From Vulcanimicrobiales bacterium (GTDB lineage Bacteria > Vulcanimicrobiota > Vulcanimicrobiia > Vulcanimicrobiales > Vulcanimicrobiaceae): DNA of 64,000 nt. Below are positions 1-10,591 of this stretch, in pieces. Position numbers and translations under genes: made by a program. Position 1 is the stretch's first letter. Every line of letters begins with the position of its first letter. The DNA is taken from contig JBBRLI010000012.1 in assembly GCA_038231455.1 (NCBI GenBank), forward strand, positions 1 to 64,000. The letters are read 5' to 3'. The notes below the pieces were generated by a model. It saw only the letters and a list, made by a program, of their open reading frames with translations. It was not told the origin of the DNA and did not search any database.

Positions 1-3
1 ACG

Positions 4-222
4 CTATTGCGGCTTCGGCGAGGGTTTCATCGCGTGGTCGCCCTTCATCGCGTGGTCGCCCTTCATCGCGTGGTCGCCCTTCATCGCGTGGTCGCCCTTC
101 ATCGCGTGGTCGCCTTTCATCGCGTGGTCGCCTTTCATCGCCGGTGCGGGGGATGCTGTTTGAGCGAGTGCGGGAGTCGCGAGCGTGAAGCCAAGCGCGA
201 GCGCCAAAATCATACGTGTCAT
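4..222 (-). CDS. Secreted Met/His-rich repeat peptide (pentapeptide MXKDX-repeat-like)
   Basis: Signal peptide MTRMILALALGFTLATPALAQ, then (AMKGDH)x6; GGAG RBS upstream. Confidence 0.85.
   Translation of the reverse strand: MTRMILALALGFTLATPALAQTASPAPAMKGDHAMKGDHAMKGDHAMKGDHAMKGDHAMKGDHAMKPSPKPQ
26..141. repeat. 18-bp coding tandem repeat (ttcatcgcgtggtcgccc) x6 plus partial copy
   Basis: Directly visible; no spacers; encodes AMKGDH on the minus strand. Confidence 0.95.
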
Positions 223-322
223 GAAAAATCTCCAGAAGAAACGTTCTGATCGTACGTTTGGTACGTCCCAAAGAGCGTAAGATACGCGCGTATGTTCCTC
301 TGTAAGGGTGCTTACTCGGTCG

Positions 323-1414
323 TTAATCGACCGCGTATCGCGCGACCGTTTCGTCGTTCCAAACGAGTCCGATCCCTGGACCCTCCGGTGGGACGACGCA
401 TCCGTCGCGAATCGAGCACGGAGCGGCGAGAATTGGCTCGGCCCAATCGACCCACTCGAGCCAATCGGCGGTCGGCGTCGCGGCGAGCAGATGCGCGCTC
501 ACCTCGGGAAAGAGATGCGAGCTCATGGGTAAATCGGCCGCCTGCGCGAGCGCCGCTGCGCGTAGCCATCCCGTCACGCCTCCAATCCGTTCGATATCCG
601 GCATCACACGCGATGCGGCGCGCGCTGCGATGGCCTGCGCCATGCCACGCGTTCCGCGAAAATTTTCGCCGAGTTGTATCGGCGTTTGCAGCGTATGCAT
701 CATGAACGAAGTCGTTTCATAGTCGTCGTGCGCGACCGGTTCTTCAATCCACGCAAGCCCGTCGGCATCGAGCGCGCGGCCGCGCGCAATCGCTTCGGCC
801 GCGTGCAGTGTCTGATTGTAGTCCGCCATCAGCGGTACGGCCTCGCCGATTCGCGCGCGGATCGCACGCACGGCGCGGACATCCTCGCGCGGATCGGCGT
901 AGCCCAACCGTACTTTGAGCGCCGGTAAGCCATCGGCAAGCATGGCCTCGGCTTCTGCCGCGACGGCGTTTGCCCCGATCGGACCGAGCCCGGTGCTGTT
1001 GTATGCGCGAATCGGGCGAACGTCGGCGCCAAGATAGCGTGCGAGTGGAACGTTTGCTGCGCGCGCGAGGATATCCCAGCTCGCAACGTCGATCGCCGAA
1101 GTTGCCATCGCATGCAATCCTTCGTGCCCGACGAGCCGAAAGCGCGCCGCAAGTTTCTCTGCGATCGTGACGGGAACGATCGGATCTCGGGCGATTGCAT
1201 CGAACGCCTCCGCGACGAGAAAACGCAGCGCGCGAGCTGCCGCAAGATCGTAGCAAAAGAGATACGTTCGCCCGGTTACACCCTCATTCGACTCGAGGTC
1301 GACGAGCAGAAGCACGGCGTGGGTGATCGTCGCCGCCGCGGTCGCGAGCGGCCGTCGCATGGGCACGCATGCGATGCGCGTCCGGATGCGTCCGGCGGTG
1401 AGAATTGCATTCAT
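323..1414 (-). CDS. Mandelate racemase/muconate lactonizing enzyme family (enolase superfamily)
   Basis: Motifs SAIDVASWD, KVRLG, MADYNQ, WIEEP, QLGEN, MSSH; start trimmed to MNAIL. Confidence 0.9.
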   Translation of the reverse strand: MNAILTAGRIRTRIACVPMRRPLATAAATITHAVLLLVDLESNEGVTGRTYLFCYDLAAARALRFLVAEAFDAIARDPIVPVTIAEKLAARFRLVGHEGLHAMATSAIDVASWDILARAANVPLARYLGADVRPIRAYNSTGLGPIGANAVAAEAEAMLADGLPALKVRLGYADPREDVRAVRAIRARIGEAVPLMADYNQTLHAAEAIARGRALDADGLAWIEEPVAHDDYETTSFMMHTLQTPIQLGENFRGTRGMAQAIAARAASRVMPDIERIGGVTGWLRAAALAQAADLPMSSHLFPEVSAHLLAATPTADWLEWVDWAEPILAAPCSIRDGCVVPPEGPGIGLVWNDETVARYAVD

Positions 1415-1587
1415 ACGGCTACCATTCGTGTGCCGCAAGAGGACTGCTTGCCGGCGATTTGACCGCAACGACCGCGGTGCCGGTCGGGTGCACTTGCGAG
1501 CACCTCGCTCGCGGTAGCGGAGACGGTATGCGGGAAGATGGCGTCTATTTCTTCGTAGCCCGCTGCTTTCTTCGTGGAGAATTCGTC

Positions 1588-2685
1588 ATGCGTTTTGTCT
1601 CGTCCCTGACCCTCGCGGGGGTTCTGCTTGTATTTACCGCGTGCGGAGGCGGCGGCTCGTCGGTCGCGCGGCCGAATTCCAGCGCGGTCTCCGGCGCACC
1701 GCTGGGCAGCATCGCAACGTTTACCAATCTCACAACCATCGGGTCGACGGTCGATGTCGGCACGGGTCCGGGTGCGGGCGACAACAACCCGTACGGGCTC
1801 GCGATTGCGCCGGTCACCGCAGGCCTCGTGACGGCGGGAGACCTTATTGTCTGTAACTTCAACAGTAGTGCGACGAGTGGTGCGCAAGGTCGCGGTACGA
1901 CTATCGAAGATATCAAACCGATGCCGGGTTCCGTGCCTGTACGGCTTGCACAAGATCCGGCTTTGGCAGGCTGCGATGCAATCGCACTTTCCGCATCAGG
2001 GACCATCTGGGCCTCGGACTACACCGCGAACAACAATCCCATCGTCTCCACGTCGGGCGTCATTCGAACGACGCTCTCGAGCGGTCCGTGGGCCGGCCCG
2101 TGGGGCCAGGCGTATAACGCAAATTATGGCGGCAAAGGAGCATTCTTCGCGACCAACGCGTTGAACGGTCAGGTCATCCGGATCAACACCGGCGGAACCT
2201 TCACGTTTGATACGATTCTCTCGGCGATGCCGATTAGCATCACGAGTGCTGCGATTTTGGCGCCGGCCGGACTGACGTACGATCCGTCGACCGACACGCT
2301 CTACGTCGTCGATTCGGCATCAAATCGCATCATCCGAATCGTCAATGCGACGACGGTACCTGCAAATACATACTCCGCGACCGGCGCGGGGTTCAATTCT
2401 TCCAACGTCTCCACGGTCTATAGTGGAGCGCCCCTCGCTGCCCCGATCAGCATGGCACAGCTCGCCAACGGACACCTCGTTGTGGGCAACACGTTCAGCT
2501 CGCCATCCGGTAAAAACCTAATGGTGGAAATCGATCCCGGTTCGGGGACGCTCATCTCCACGATCGACGTCGACCCCGGGGCGCCCGGAGCGATTTTCGG
2601 CATCGCAACAACCGTCGTAAATGGGCATCAATACATTTATTTCAACGACGACAACGACAACACGGTCAAGCGCCTCTCCCAGTAG
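1588..2685 (+). CDS. Lipoprotein with beta-propeller (NHL-like) fold
   Basis: GGAGA RBS; lipobox LVFTAC; repeats NPYGLAI, GPWGQ, APAGLTYDP. Confidence 0.75.
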   Translation: MRFVSSLTLAGVLLVFTACGGGGSSVARPNSSAVSGAPLGSIATFTNLTTIGSTVDVGTGPGAGDNNPYGLAIAPVTAGLVTAGDLIVCNFNSSATSGAQGRGTTIEDIKPMPGSVPVRLAQDPALAGCDAIALSASGTIWASDYTANNNPIVSTSGVIRTTLSSGPWAGPWGQAYNANYGGKGAFFATNALNGQVIRINTGGTFTFDTILSAMPISITSAAILAPAGLTYDPSTDTLYVVDSASNRIIRIVNATTVPANTYSATGAGFNSSNVSTVYSGAPLAAPISMAQLANGHLVVGNTFSSPSGKNLMVEIDPGSGTLISTIDVDPGAPGAIFGIATTVVNGHQYIYFNDDNDNTVKRLSQ

Positions 2686-2738
2686 GCGCGCGCTCCGATG
2701 AAGCGAAGGCCCCATTCGCCAAGCGAACGGGGTCTTCA

Positions 2739-3227
2739 TTATTTTTCGGCGACGAGTTGCGCGACGACGCGATCGACTTCGGCGTCTTGCGAATCGCCGA
2801 CGATCGTCTTGCGCAGCACGCCGTGCCGATCGAAGATCATTTGCGTCGGCCAGTACTCGGTATCGTACGCATGCCAGATCGCCATATCGTTATCGACGGC
2901 AACGGGCCACACGATGCCTTGCGATTTGAGATTCTCAACAACATTGGTGCGATCGCGCTCATAGGGCGTCTCGGGCGTATGAACGCCGATGATCTGCAAT
3001 TCGCCCGAAGCGTTGAGCTTCCTCAGGTTCGGGGTGACGTTCTTACAGTTGTAACAACCAAAGGTGAAGACATCGACGAGGACGACTTTGCCGCGCAGCG
3101 ACGCGGCGCTTGGATGGCCGTTGATCCATGACTTTGCCGAGAGAACAGGCTCGAGGCTGGGGCCGGCGTGCGCGGACGATCCGGCAAGGGCGAAGATGGC
3201 GACGATCGCCGCAAGCATGCGTTTCAT
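2739..3227 (-). CDS. Exported redoxin (TlpA/DipZ C-terminal-like thioredoxin)
   Basis: LRGKVVLVDVFTFGCYNC (CxxC), IIGVHTPE, YWPT; signal peptide. Confidence 0.9.
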   Translation of the reverse strand: MKRMLAAIVAIFALAGSSAHAGPSLEPVLSAKSWINGHPSAASLRGKVVLVDVFTFGCYNCKNVTPNLRKLNASGELQIIGVHTPETPYERDRTNVVENLKSQGIVWPVAVDNDMAIWHAYDTEYWPTQMIFDRHGVLRKTIVGDSQDAEVDRVVAQLVAEK

Positions 3228-3331
3228 GCCGTAATTGTACGCCCTAGGACGCGTTGGTGTGCGTAGGGATGCTTACGTGATTCTTAACGAGCGCAACACA
3301 CAAAACGATAAACACTCGCAACGGGACACCG

Positions 3332-3739
3332 ATGGACTATATTATGGCCTTCGATGCAGATCGTCACGAACTCGAGATCCAAATCGGCGACGCGCTCACC
3401 GTTCATGGAGCGTGGATCGACCAAGTGGTCGATGTTGCGCGCGGGACGCGCGCAGCGGACACCGTCGAGATCACCATGCGCGAGGACGCCTGCACCTTCG
3501 GTCAGTGGCTCAACGGCTCGATCCGTCCGGCTCTCCGGAACAGTCCGCAGTTTTGGCTGGCAAAAGCCCGCCACGCAACCTTCCACCGCCATGCCGCGCT
3601 GATTCTGAGCGCCGCGAAGCGCCGCGATCCGAGCCTGCCCGCGATGATCGGCAGTTCGACCGCATTCGGCGAGAACGCAAAGCAACTCCGTGCGACCCTC
3701 CACGACTGGATGCAACTGGCCTTCCGCCGCGCAAGCTAG
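3332..3739 (+). CDS. Stand-alone CZB (chemoreceptor zinc-binding) domain protein
   Basis: HxxW ... CTFGQWL ... HATFH zinc-ligand pattern. Confidence 0.8.
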   Translation: MDYIMAFDADRHELEIQIGDALTVHGAWIDQVVDVARGTRAADTVEITMREDACTFGQWLNGSIRPALRNSPQFWLAKARHATFHRHAALILSAAKRRDPSLPAMIGSSTAFGENAKQLRATLHDWMQLAFRRAS

Positions 3740-3776
3740 CGCAGGCGGCCCGATTCGAGCGTTGCAATATGGGCGT

Positions 3777-4976
3777 ATGCGGATGCGTCCCGGTCTTGGC
3801 GTCCTAATCGCTTGCTGTATTACCCTCTCGGTCGGTTACGGCGTACGACAATGCCTGGGGCTCTTTATCGGCCCAATGGAAGCGGCGCGGGGTTGGGGCG
3901 CCGGCGTCTTTTCGCTTGGCTTTGCGCTCCAGAATCTGGTTTGGGGCATAGCCCAGCCGTTCGCGGGCGCAATCGCCGACCGGTTCGGCGCAAAACGCAC
4001 CGTCATGGCTGGGGGCCTCGCCTACGCTGCGGCGATCGCCCTCATGGCGACGACAACGAACCCGACGCTCTTCTCCTGGGGGTCCGGCATTCTGCTGGGC
4101 CTCGCCCTTGCCGCAACGTCGTTCGGTATCTTGATCGGCCCGGCGGCCGCGCTCGTCCCGCCGGAAAAACGAACGGTGGCGCTTGGGATTCTCGGCGCGG
4201 GCGGGTCGCTCGGCCAGCTCTTTTATCCGCCGTTCGCGCAAGTCGCAATCGGCGGCATCGGCTGGCATACGACGCTCTTCATCCTCGTCGCAATCGGACT
4301 TGCGATCGTCCCGCTCGCGTTCTTCCTCACGGAGCCGCCGCGCGTCCAGCACGGCGCCTCATCGCTGTCCCTCGGCGCGGCCCTACGCGAGGCAGCGCGC
4401 GTCCCGAGTTTCGGCCTGCTCACGGCGGGCTTTTTCGTCTGCGGATTTCACATCGCGTTCTTCCAGACGCATCTCCCGGCGATCGTCGCGCGCGCGGGCT
4501 TCGCGCCGAGTATCGGCGCGGCGGCCCTCGCGGTGGTCGGCGGATTCAATGTCTTCGGCAGTTACTATTCGGGAAAAATCTCGCAGAAAATTGCCAAACG
4601 GTACGTACTCGCTGGCATCTACGGCTTGCGCGGCGTGGCAATCATCCTGTTCATGATCTTACCGATCAGCCCGGCGACAATCATCGGCTTCTCGGCGGCG
4701 CTCGGTGTTCTGTGGCTCTCGACGATTCCGCCGACGAGTGGCATTATCGCCGAGAAGTTCGGCATGCAATGGGTCTCGACGCTCTTCGGCGTCGCCTTCT
4801 TCTCCCATCAAGTCGGTGCGTTCTTCGGAGCGTGGCTGGGCGGCGTCATCCTCGACCGGACCGGGAGCTACGATCTCATGTGGAAAGTCGCGCTCGGTGT
4901 TGCGATCGTCGGGATGCTCATCCAGCTCCCGATTGACCAACGACCCGTCGAACGGCTTGCCGTCAAGCCTGCTTAG
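3777..4976 (+). CDS. MFS transporter
   Basis: About 12 hydrophobic segments; GAIADRFGAKR motif A. Confidence 0.9.
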   Translation: MRMRPGLGVLIACCITLSVGYGVRQCLGLFIGPMEAARGWGAGVFSLGFALQNLVWGIAQPFAGAIADRFGAKRTVMAGGLAYAAAIALMATTTNPTLFSWGSGILLGLALAATSFGILIGPAAALVPPEKRTVALGILGAGGSLGQLFYPPFAQVAIGGIGWHTTLFILVAIGLAIVPLAFFLTEPPRVQHGASSLSLGAALREAARVPSFGLLTAGFFVCGFHIAFFQTHLPAIVARAGFAPSIGAAALAVVGGFNVFGSYYSGKISQKIAKRYVLAGIYGLRGVAIILFMILPISPATIIGFSAALGVLWLSTIPPTSGIIAEKFGMQWVSTLFGVAFFSHQVGAFFGAWLGGVILDRTGSYDLMWKVALGVAIVGMLIQLPIDQRPVERLAVKPA

Positions 4977-5087
4977 AAGCGCCCACGTAGACGACGGAAC
5001 CCGCATTCCGTCACGTCACGACCTCCTGGAGGAATCTTTCTTCGATCTTCACGACTAATCGGTATCACACCAAGCGGGAGGTAGTTC

Positions 5088-5540
5088 GTGATTTCCCTGA
5101 AGATCAATGGCTCCGAACACGCGGTCGACGTCGCCCCGGAGATGCCACTCCTGTGGGTCATCCGCGACGTGGTCGGGATGACCGGCACAAAATTTGGCTG
5201 CGGCATCGCGCAGTGCGGCGCGTGCACGGTTCACCTCGACGGCGTCGCCGTTCGCTCGTGCCAAGTGCCGGTGAGCGCGGCGGTCGGTCACAAGGTGACG
5301 ACAATCGAAGGCCTCTCCGCAACGTCCAGTCATCCGTTGCAAGTCGCCTGGGTCGCCGAGAGCGTCCCGCAGTGCGGCTATTGCCAGTCCGGGCAAATCA
5401 TGCAAGCCGCATCGCTTCTCGCGCAAACGCCGAAGCCGAGCGACACGCAAATTTCGGAAGCAATGTCGGGAAACATTTGCCGATGTGGGTGTTACCCGCG
5501 CATCAAGTCGGCGATCAAACGCGCAGCGGGGATCGCCTGA
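5088..5540 (+). CDS. (2Fe-2S)-binding small subunit, isoquinoline 1-oxidoreductase alpha-like
   Basis: [39 protein letters not shown]. Confidence 0.93.
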   Translation: MISLKINGSEHAVDVAPEMPLLWVIRDVVGMTGTKFGCGIAQCGACTVHLDGVAVRSCQVPVSAAVGHKVTTIEGLSATSSHPLQVAWVAESVPQCGYCQSGQIMQAASLLAQTPKPSDTQISEAMSGNICRCGCYPRIKSAIKRAAGIA

Positions 5541-7669
5541 TGCTCGCACGCGGACAATTCCTCAAACTCGCCGCCGCCACGGGCACCGGCTTTGCGCTTG
5601 GCATGCAGCTTCTCGAACACGAAGGGAAGTTCGCCGTTGCCGAGGCCGCCGGAGACTTCAAACCCAACGCATGGCTGCGCATGGACGCAACGGGCATCGC
5701 AACGGTCGTCGTCAACAAAGCCGAGATGGGTCAGGGCGTCGCAACGTCGCTTCCAATGATGGTCGCAGAAGAACTCGATCTGCCGATGAGCATGGTGCGC
5801 ACCGAATTTGCACCGGCGGCCGATGCCTACATCGATCCCGCTTGGGGTGACATGGTGACCGGCGGCAGTACGTCGGTTGCCGACATGTATACAATCATGC
5901 GAACGGCAGGGGCGAACGCGCGCCACATGCTGATCGGTGCTGCGGCGAAGCGCGCACAGGCCGAAGCCTTCGACTTCACAACCGCAAACGGCGTCGTCAC
6001 ACAGAAATCCACCGGCAAGACATTCAGCTACGGTTCGCTTGCCGCCGATGCCGCAACGATGCCCACGCCGACTGACGTTCCGCTCAAAGACCCGAGCGCG
6101 TTCAAGCTGATCGGCACGCGTACCGGGCGTACCGATATCAAACAAAAAGTGAACGGCAGCGCGGTCTATGGCCTGGATGTCAAAATACCCGGCATGAAGA
6201 TCGCCTCGATCGAACGTCCGCCATCGATCGGCGGCACGGTGAAGAGTTTCGATGCAAGCAAAGCGCTTAAGGTCAAAGGCGTGCATCAAGTCGTTCAGGT
6301 TCCCTCGGGAATCGCCGTCATCGCCGATCACACGTACGCAGCGATGCAGGGGCGCAAAGCCTTACACGTGGTGTGGGATCTCGGACCAAACAGGGACGTC
6401 TCGAGTGCATCGATCCATGCCGCGCAGTTGGCGCTTACCAAGAGGGCGGGCATCGTGCAGAAGAAAGTCGGTGATTCGGCGACCGCGCTGAACGGCGCGA
6501 AGGTCATCGCTGCGACGTACGAAGCGCCGTATCTCGCGCACGCAACGATGGAGCCGATGAACGCAACGGCGCACGTAACGGCCACAACATGCGAAGTCTG
6601 GGCGCCCAATCAAGTGCCGCGTCGCGCGCAAGCGACCGCCGCGAAAATCACCGGTTTGCCGGTTTCGGCGGTGACCGTCCACTCGACGTTCCTTGGCGGT
6701 GGTTTCGGTCGGCGCCTCGATGATGACTACGTCGCGGACGCGGTCGCGGTTGCGAAAGCCGCGAAGGTCCCGGTAAAAGTCGTCTGGTCGCGCGAAGACG
6801 ATACGAAGCACGACTTCTACCGCTCGGGCGGCATGAATGCACTTCGCGGTGCGGTGGATGCAAGCGGGAACGTCGTTGGATTCGAACATCGCGTCGTCGC
6901 CTCGTCCGTCACCGCGCGCTGGGCGCCGGCCTTCATCAAGAACGGACAAGACAGCTACGCCGTCGAGGGCGCGACGACGATGCCGTACGACATCAAGCAC
7001 CTCACGGTCGACTTCCACCCGCTGGACACGGGCATTCCGGTTGGCTACTGGCGCGCGCCCGGCGCAAACGTCAACACGTTTGCTGCCGAATCGTTCGTCG
7101 ACGAACTCGCGCACGCGGCGGGCAAAGATCCCGTCGCCTTCCGCCTAGCGATGCTCCCCGCGGATTCGCGCGCGCATACGGTGCTCGACATGGCGGCAGC
7201 GCGCGCGAAATGGTCGACGAGCCCCCCAGCCGGACGTGCGCGCGGCGTCGCGATGACGGTCTGGGCCGGTTCGACCGCCGCGGTCATCGCCGAAGTCTCA
7301 ATGCCCAAAGCCGGCCACATCGTCGTCCACAAACTCACGTGCGCGGCGGACTGCGGTCAGCCAATCAACATGGACGGGCTCGAAGCGCAAGTGATGAGCG
7401 CGCTGAACTTCGGGCTCTCTGCGGCGCTCAAGGGAAAAATCACATTTGAAAACGGAAGCGTCCAACAGGGGAACTACGACACCTACGATGTGCTGCGCCA
7501 TCGCGAAGCACCGGCGATCGACATCGCGATCGTGAAGAGTACGGAAAAGCCAACGGGCGCGGGCGAGCTTGGCACGCCGCCGGTCGCAGCCGCCGTCGGC
7601 AACGCGCTCTTTGCCCTCACCGGCAAGCGGTATCGCCGTCTACCGCTAAGCGAAGCAACGCTCGCATAA
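5540..7669 (+). CDS. Xanthine dehydrogenase-family molybdopterin subunit (IorB-like)
   Basis: EMGQG, LAHATMEPMN, GGGFGRR, WRAPG, GAGELGTPP; TGATG stop/start overlap with small subunit. Confidence 0.93.
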   Translation: MLARGQFLKLAAATGTGFALGMQLLEHEGKFAVAEAAGDFKPNAWLRMDATGIATVVVNKAEMGQGVATSLPMMVAEELDLPMSMVRTEFAPAADAYIDPAWGDMVTGGSTSVADMYTIMRTAGANARHMLIGAAAKRAQAEAFDFTTANGVVTQKSTGKTFSYGSLAADAATMPTPTDVPLKDPSAFKLIGTRTGRTDIKQKVNGSAVYGLDVKIPGMKIASIERPPSIGGTVKSFDASKALKVKGVHQVVQVPSGIAVIADHTYAAMQGRKALHVVWDLGPNRDVSSASIHAAQLALTKRAGIVQKKVGDSATALNGAKVIAATYEAPYLAHATMEPMNATAHVTATTCEVWAPNQVPRRAQATAAKITGLPVSAVTVHSTFLGGGFGRRLDDDYVADAVAVAKAAKVPVKVVWSREDDTKHDFYRSGGMNALRGAVDASGNVVGFEHRVVASSVTARWAPAFIKNGQDSYAVEGATTMPYDIKHLTVDFHPLDTGIPVGYWRAPGANVNTFAAESFVDELAHAAGKDPVAFRLAMLPADSRAHTVLDMAAARAKWSTSPPAGRARGVAMTVWAGSTAAVIAEVSMPKAGHIVVHKLTCAADCGQPINMDGLEAQVMSALNFGLSAALKGKITFENGSVQQGNYDTYDVLRHREAPAIDIAIVKSTEKPTGAGELGTPPVAAAVGNALFALTGKRYRRLPLSEATLA

Positions 7670-7696
7670 ACGCGGATCGAGCCGTTCGCGGAACGT

Positions 7697-7730
7697 AAAA
7701 AAAGAGCACGTCGCGAGACGTGCTCTTTTT
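7697..7730. terminator. Bidirectional intrinsic terminator
   Basis: aaaaagagcacgtc-gcga-gacgtgctcttttt between convergent genes. Confidence 0.9.
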
Positions 7731-7745
7731 GGTGGGGTACGTTGC

Positions 7746-10535
7746 TTAGATTTTGCGCGTGATCGAGACGGTGATTTGCGTCGGCAGCAGTCCCGTTTGG
7801 ACCGTGCCTTGGTTCAGTGCCTGGTCGAGCGCCGAAGCATCTCCGCCAAACTGGTTCTCCGCGATGTAGGGCGCTGCGCCGAAATCGGAGATGGTCGAGT
7901 GGATTGAATTGAAGACGTTGAGCACGCCGACGTTGATCGTCGTATTCTTGCCGAAGCGTTGCGAGAGACTCGCATTGCTATAGGCGAACGCGGGACGGTT
8001 GTACTGGTTGTTATTGCCGATGAAGATATTGTCGAGGCGCAATTCCGTGCCGCCGTGGGCGCTGTAGTCGAGCCCGACCGAACCCTTGTGAAGCGGAAGA
8101 CCGGAAATTTGCGATCCGTTGATCGTGAACGCGTTACGTTTCAGAATGGAATCGGGGACGTCGTTGTAGACGGCCGACTGAATATTGTACGTGTAGTCGA
8201 CGTAGAACGCCCGGCTTGCACGCGCACGACCGGAGATCTCGACACCTTTGAATCGTGCCGTCGCGGCATTGTAGTTGGTGCCAACGGAGAAATTCGCGAG
8301 TGTCGGCACGGCGCCGCCACAGAACTGGCCGTAACGCTTGTTGTAAGCGGCAAGCAAGTCCGGCGGAATCGCGCCCGCACCGAGAACCGAGACCGGCAGG
8401 GTTCCCCCGAAGATTCGGTTCTTTTCATTGGATGAGTAGAAATCGACTTGGACGATCGAGTCGTTGCCGAATCGGTGACCGTATCCGACTTCGAGGTCGG
8501 TCGACTGTTCGGGCTGCAACGCCGCGTTGGAGACAGAACCAATACCGGTGATACCGTTACACTTGAAGGTGATGTTGGTCGGGGTCTGATTGAGATTTGG
8601 CAGACCCTGCGTGAGATTCGGCGCGGGTTCGCCGTCCGAACGTCCGCCCGTGAGACGGAAAACGTCCGAGGGTGAAGTGCGAAACACGACGGAGAGACGC
8701 GGGTCGAACGTCGTCTTCGAAGTCACGGACGAGTGTTTAAGCCAGCCATTGAGATAGAAGCTGGTTTTGTCCGATGCTTTATAGTCGTCGCGTACGAAGA
8801 AGTTGCTGTTGGTCTGATTGAACGTCTGCATCGGGACGATCACAAACGTCGCTGGGATGAGTTTTGAGACACCGGCGTTGTCGAACTTATCGCCTGCAAT
8901 GATCTGATGCTGCGCGTAGTAGCCGAAGCCGAAGTCATTGCGGTCCGTCGTAATGTCATCACTGATCAGGACGCCTGAGGTCGTATAGAAACTCGAATTG
9001 AAACCACCCGTGAACTTCGTTGAACCTGGGAACAGCGCCGCGCACTTCGAGACTTGATCGCACGTCGAGCCCGAGAGGCTGCGATTGTAGTCGGTCGTGA
9101 AGCGGTTGGTAAAGCCGTCGACCGAAATTAAGTTTTTTCCGACGAGCGTTGAGAATCGGGTGTGGAAGTCAAGGACCCGGTGTGCCTGCCACGGACCCTG
9201 CCCACCGCCGGCAAGTCCCGCGGTCTTCGCCGCGAACTGCGCGGCGGTCACGCACGCGGGTCCGCTATTGGTGTTGACGGCGATCGTGCCGGTGCACGTG
9301 ATCGAACCGGGGTCACCCGGATTCGCGCCGCCCGGATACGTGTTCGCACCGCCGGCGATAATCTGTTGCGCGTTGTAAAGTTGGAAGTTGGTATCGAAGT
9401 AGCAATTGTCGCCATTGCCGCTCTTATCGTCCCACGAGGTCGCCGAGAGCATCGAGGCCGTAATCTGCGTTTTGTCGCTCAGATCGTATTTGATCTTGAG
9501 CAGGTCGTTGCGGAGCAGATAGTTGCCAGAGAACTCCTGCTGCACGGCAGATGCATTTGCATCCGAAAGATCCGTACCCAGGAGACCGGGCTGCTGCGCG
9601 GTCTGCGGTTTAAACGGACCGTACGTGCCTTGCACGGCGTGAACGAGCGCATAACCAAACTTCTTGTTCAGCGTGCCCGTCGCTTGCAAAACGGTCTTCG
9701 AGAGACCCATGTTTCCGAAGCCTTGCGTGATGTAGAACTCACGATCGCGCGTCGGATTGATCGTCTGCATGTCGATGGTTCCGCCGATGGAGTCCGTACC
9801 GTACAGGCCGAGCGCGCCCGAACCGAACGTGACCCGCGTTTCGCCGATCGCGAAACTCGGTGAGACTTGGAACGAGTAGCCGCCGCTGCCCGGACCATAC
9901 GGTCCGACGGGATGGCCATCGAGGAGCGTTTGCGTTTCGCTCGTGCCGAAGCCGCGGATGTTGATGCCGAGGTCATCGCCGATTGATGAACTTAAACCCG
10001 AGACGTTCACACCGGGAAGGGTGTTGAGCGCATCACCAATGCGAACGTAGCCTTCTTTTTGGAGCAGGTCGCTCGAGAGGCTCTGCGAGATCGTCGTCGC
10101 GGTCGAAACCGACGAACGGCCGCTCGACGCACTCACGCGACCGATTTCTTTGAGTTCGGTGTTTTGCGTCGTTGCGCGCTGCAAGGCAACGCGGAACGCC
10201 TGCGCACTCACGCCGGCGGTCACGGCAACGTTGTCACTCCGCGCGCCTTGGTAGCCTTCAGCGCGGACTTCGATGCGATAGATGCCCGGAGCCTGATTCG
10301 CAAATGCGAACGAGCCATCGGAGGAGGATTTGGTGTCAGCGACTTTTTTGTCGCCTTGGTAGAGCGAAATGGTGGCGTTCGCGATTGCGACGCCGCCGGC
10401 TTGGTCGATCAGCGAGCCCGAAATCGAGGCAGCTGCTTGCGTCTGTGCGCTCGCGGCAACGGCCATCGACCCGACCATCGACGTCACCAAGCTCAGCGCG
10501 CAAACGAGCGACGCGAGTCTTGTACGGATAGACAT
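7746..10535 (-). CDS. TonB-dependent receptor with N-terminal carboxypeptidase-regulatory-like domain
   Basis: Signal peptide, DGSFAF/PGIYRIEVRAEGY domain, plug DALNTLPGV..INIRG..LLDGHP, LQPEQS, beta-barrel C-terminus. Confidence 0.88.
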   Translation of the reverse strand: MSIRTRLASLVCALSLVTSMVGSMAVAASAQTQAAASISGSLIDQAGGVAIANATISLYQGDKKVADTKSSSDGSFAFANQAPGIYRIEVRAEGYQGARSDNVAVTAGVSAQAFRVALQRATTQNTELKEIGRVSASSGRSSVSTATTISQSLSSDLLQKEGYVRIGDALNTLPGVNVSGLSSSIGDDLGINIRGFGTSETQTLLDGHPVGPYGPGSGGYSFQVSPSFAIGETRVTFGSGALGLYGTDSIGGTIDMQTINPTRDREFYITQGFGNMGLSKTVLQATGTLNKKFGYALVHAVQGTYGPFKPQTAQQPGLLGTDLSDANASAVQQEFSGNYLLRNDLLKIKYDLSDKTQITASMLSATSWDDKSGNGDNCYFDTNFQLYNAQQIIAGGANTYPGGANPGDPGSITCTGTIAVNTNSGPACVTAAQFAAKTAGLAGGGQGPWQAHRVLDFHTRFSTLVGKNLISVDGFTNRFTTDYNRSLSGSTCDQVSKCAALFPGSTKFTGGFNSSFYTTSGVLISDDITTDRNDFGFGYYAQHQIIAGDKFDNAGVSKLIPATFVIVPMQTFNQTNSNFFVRDDYKASDKTSFYLNGWLKHSSVTSKTTFDPRLSVVFRTSPSDVFRLTGGRSDGEPAPNLTQGLPNLNQTPTNITFKCNGITGIGSVSNAALQPEQSTDLEVGYGHRFGNDSIVQVDFYSSNEKNRIFGGTLPVSVLGAGAIPPDLLAAYNKRYGQFCGGAVPTLANFSVGTNYNAATARFKGVEISGRARASRAFYVDYTYNIQSAVYNDVPDSILKRNAFTINGSQISGLPLHKGSVGLDYSAHGGTELRLDNIFIGNNNQYNRPAFAYSNASLSQRFGKNTTINVGVLNVFNSIHSTISDFGAAPYIAENQFGGDASALDQALNQGTVQTGLLPTQITVSITRKI

Positions 10536-10591
10536 AGTCCCCCAACGGTTCAGCATATGTTGCACCGTATAAGGGAAGTCTTAACGCGGGT

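Noticed and set aside
26-141. Possible CRISPR array
   Set aside because: 18-bp units are contiguous with no spacers and encode an in-frame hexapeptide; no cas genes
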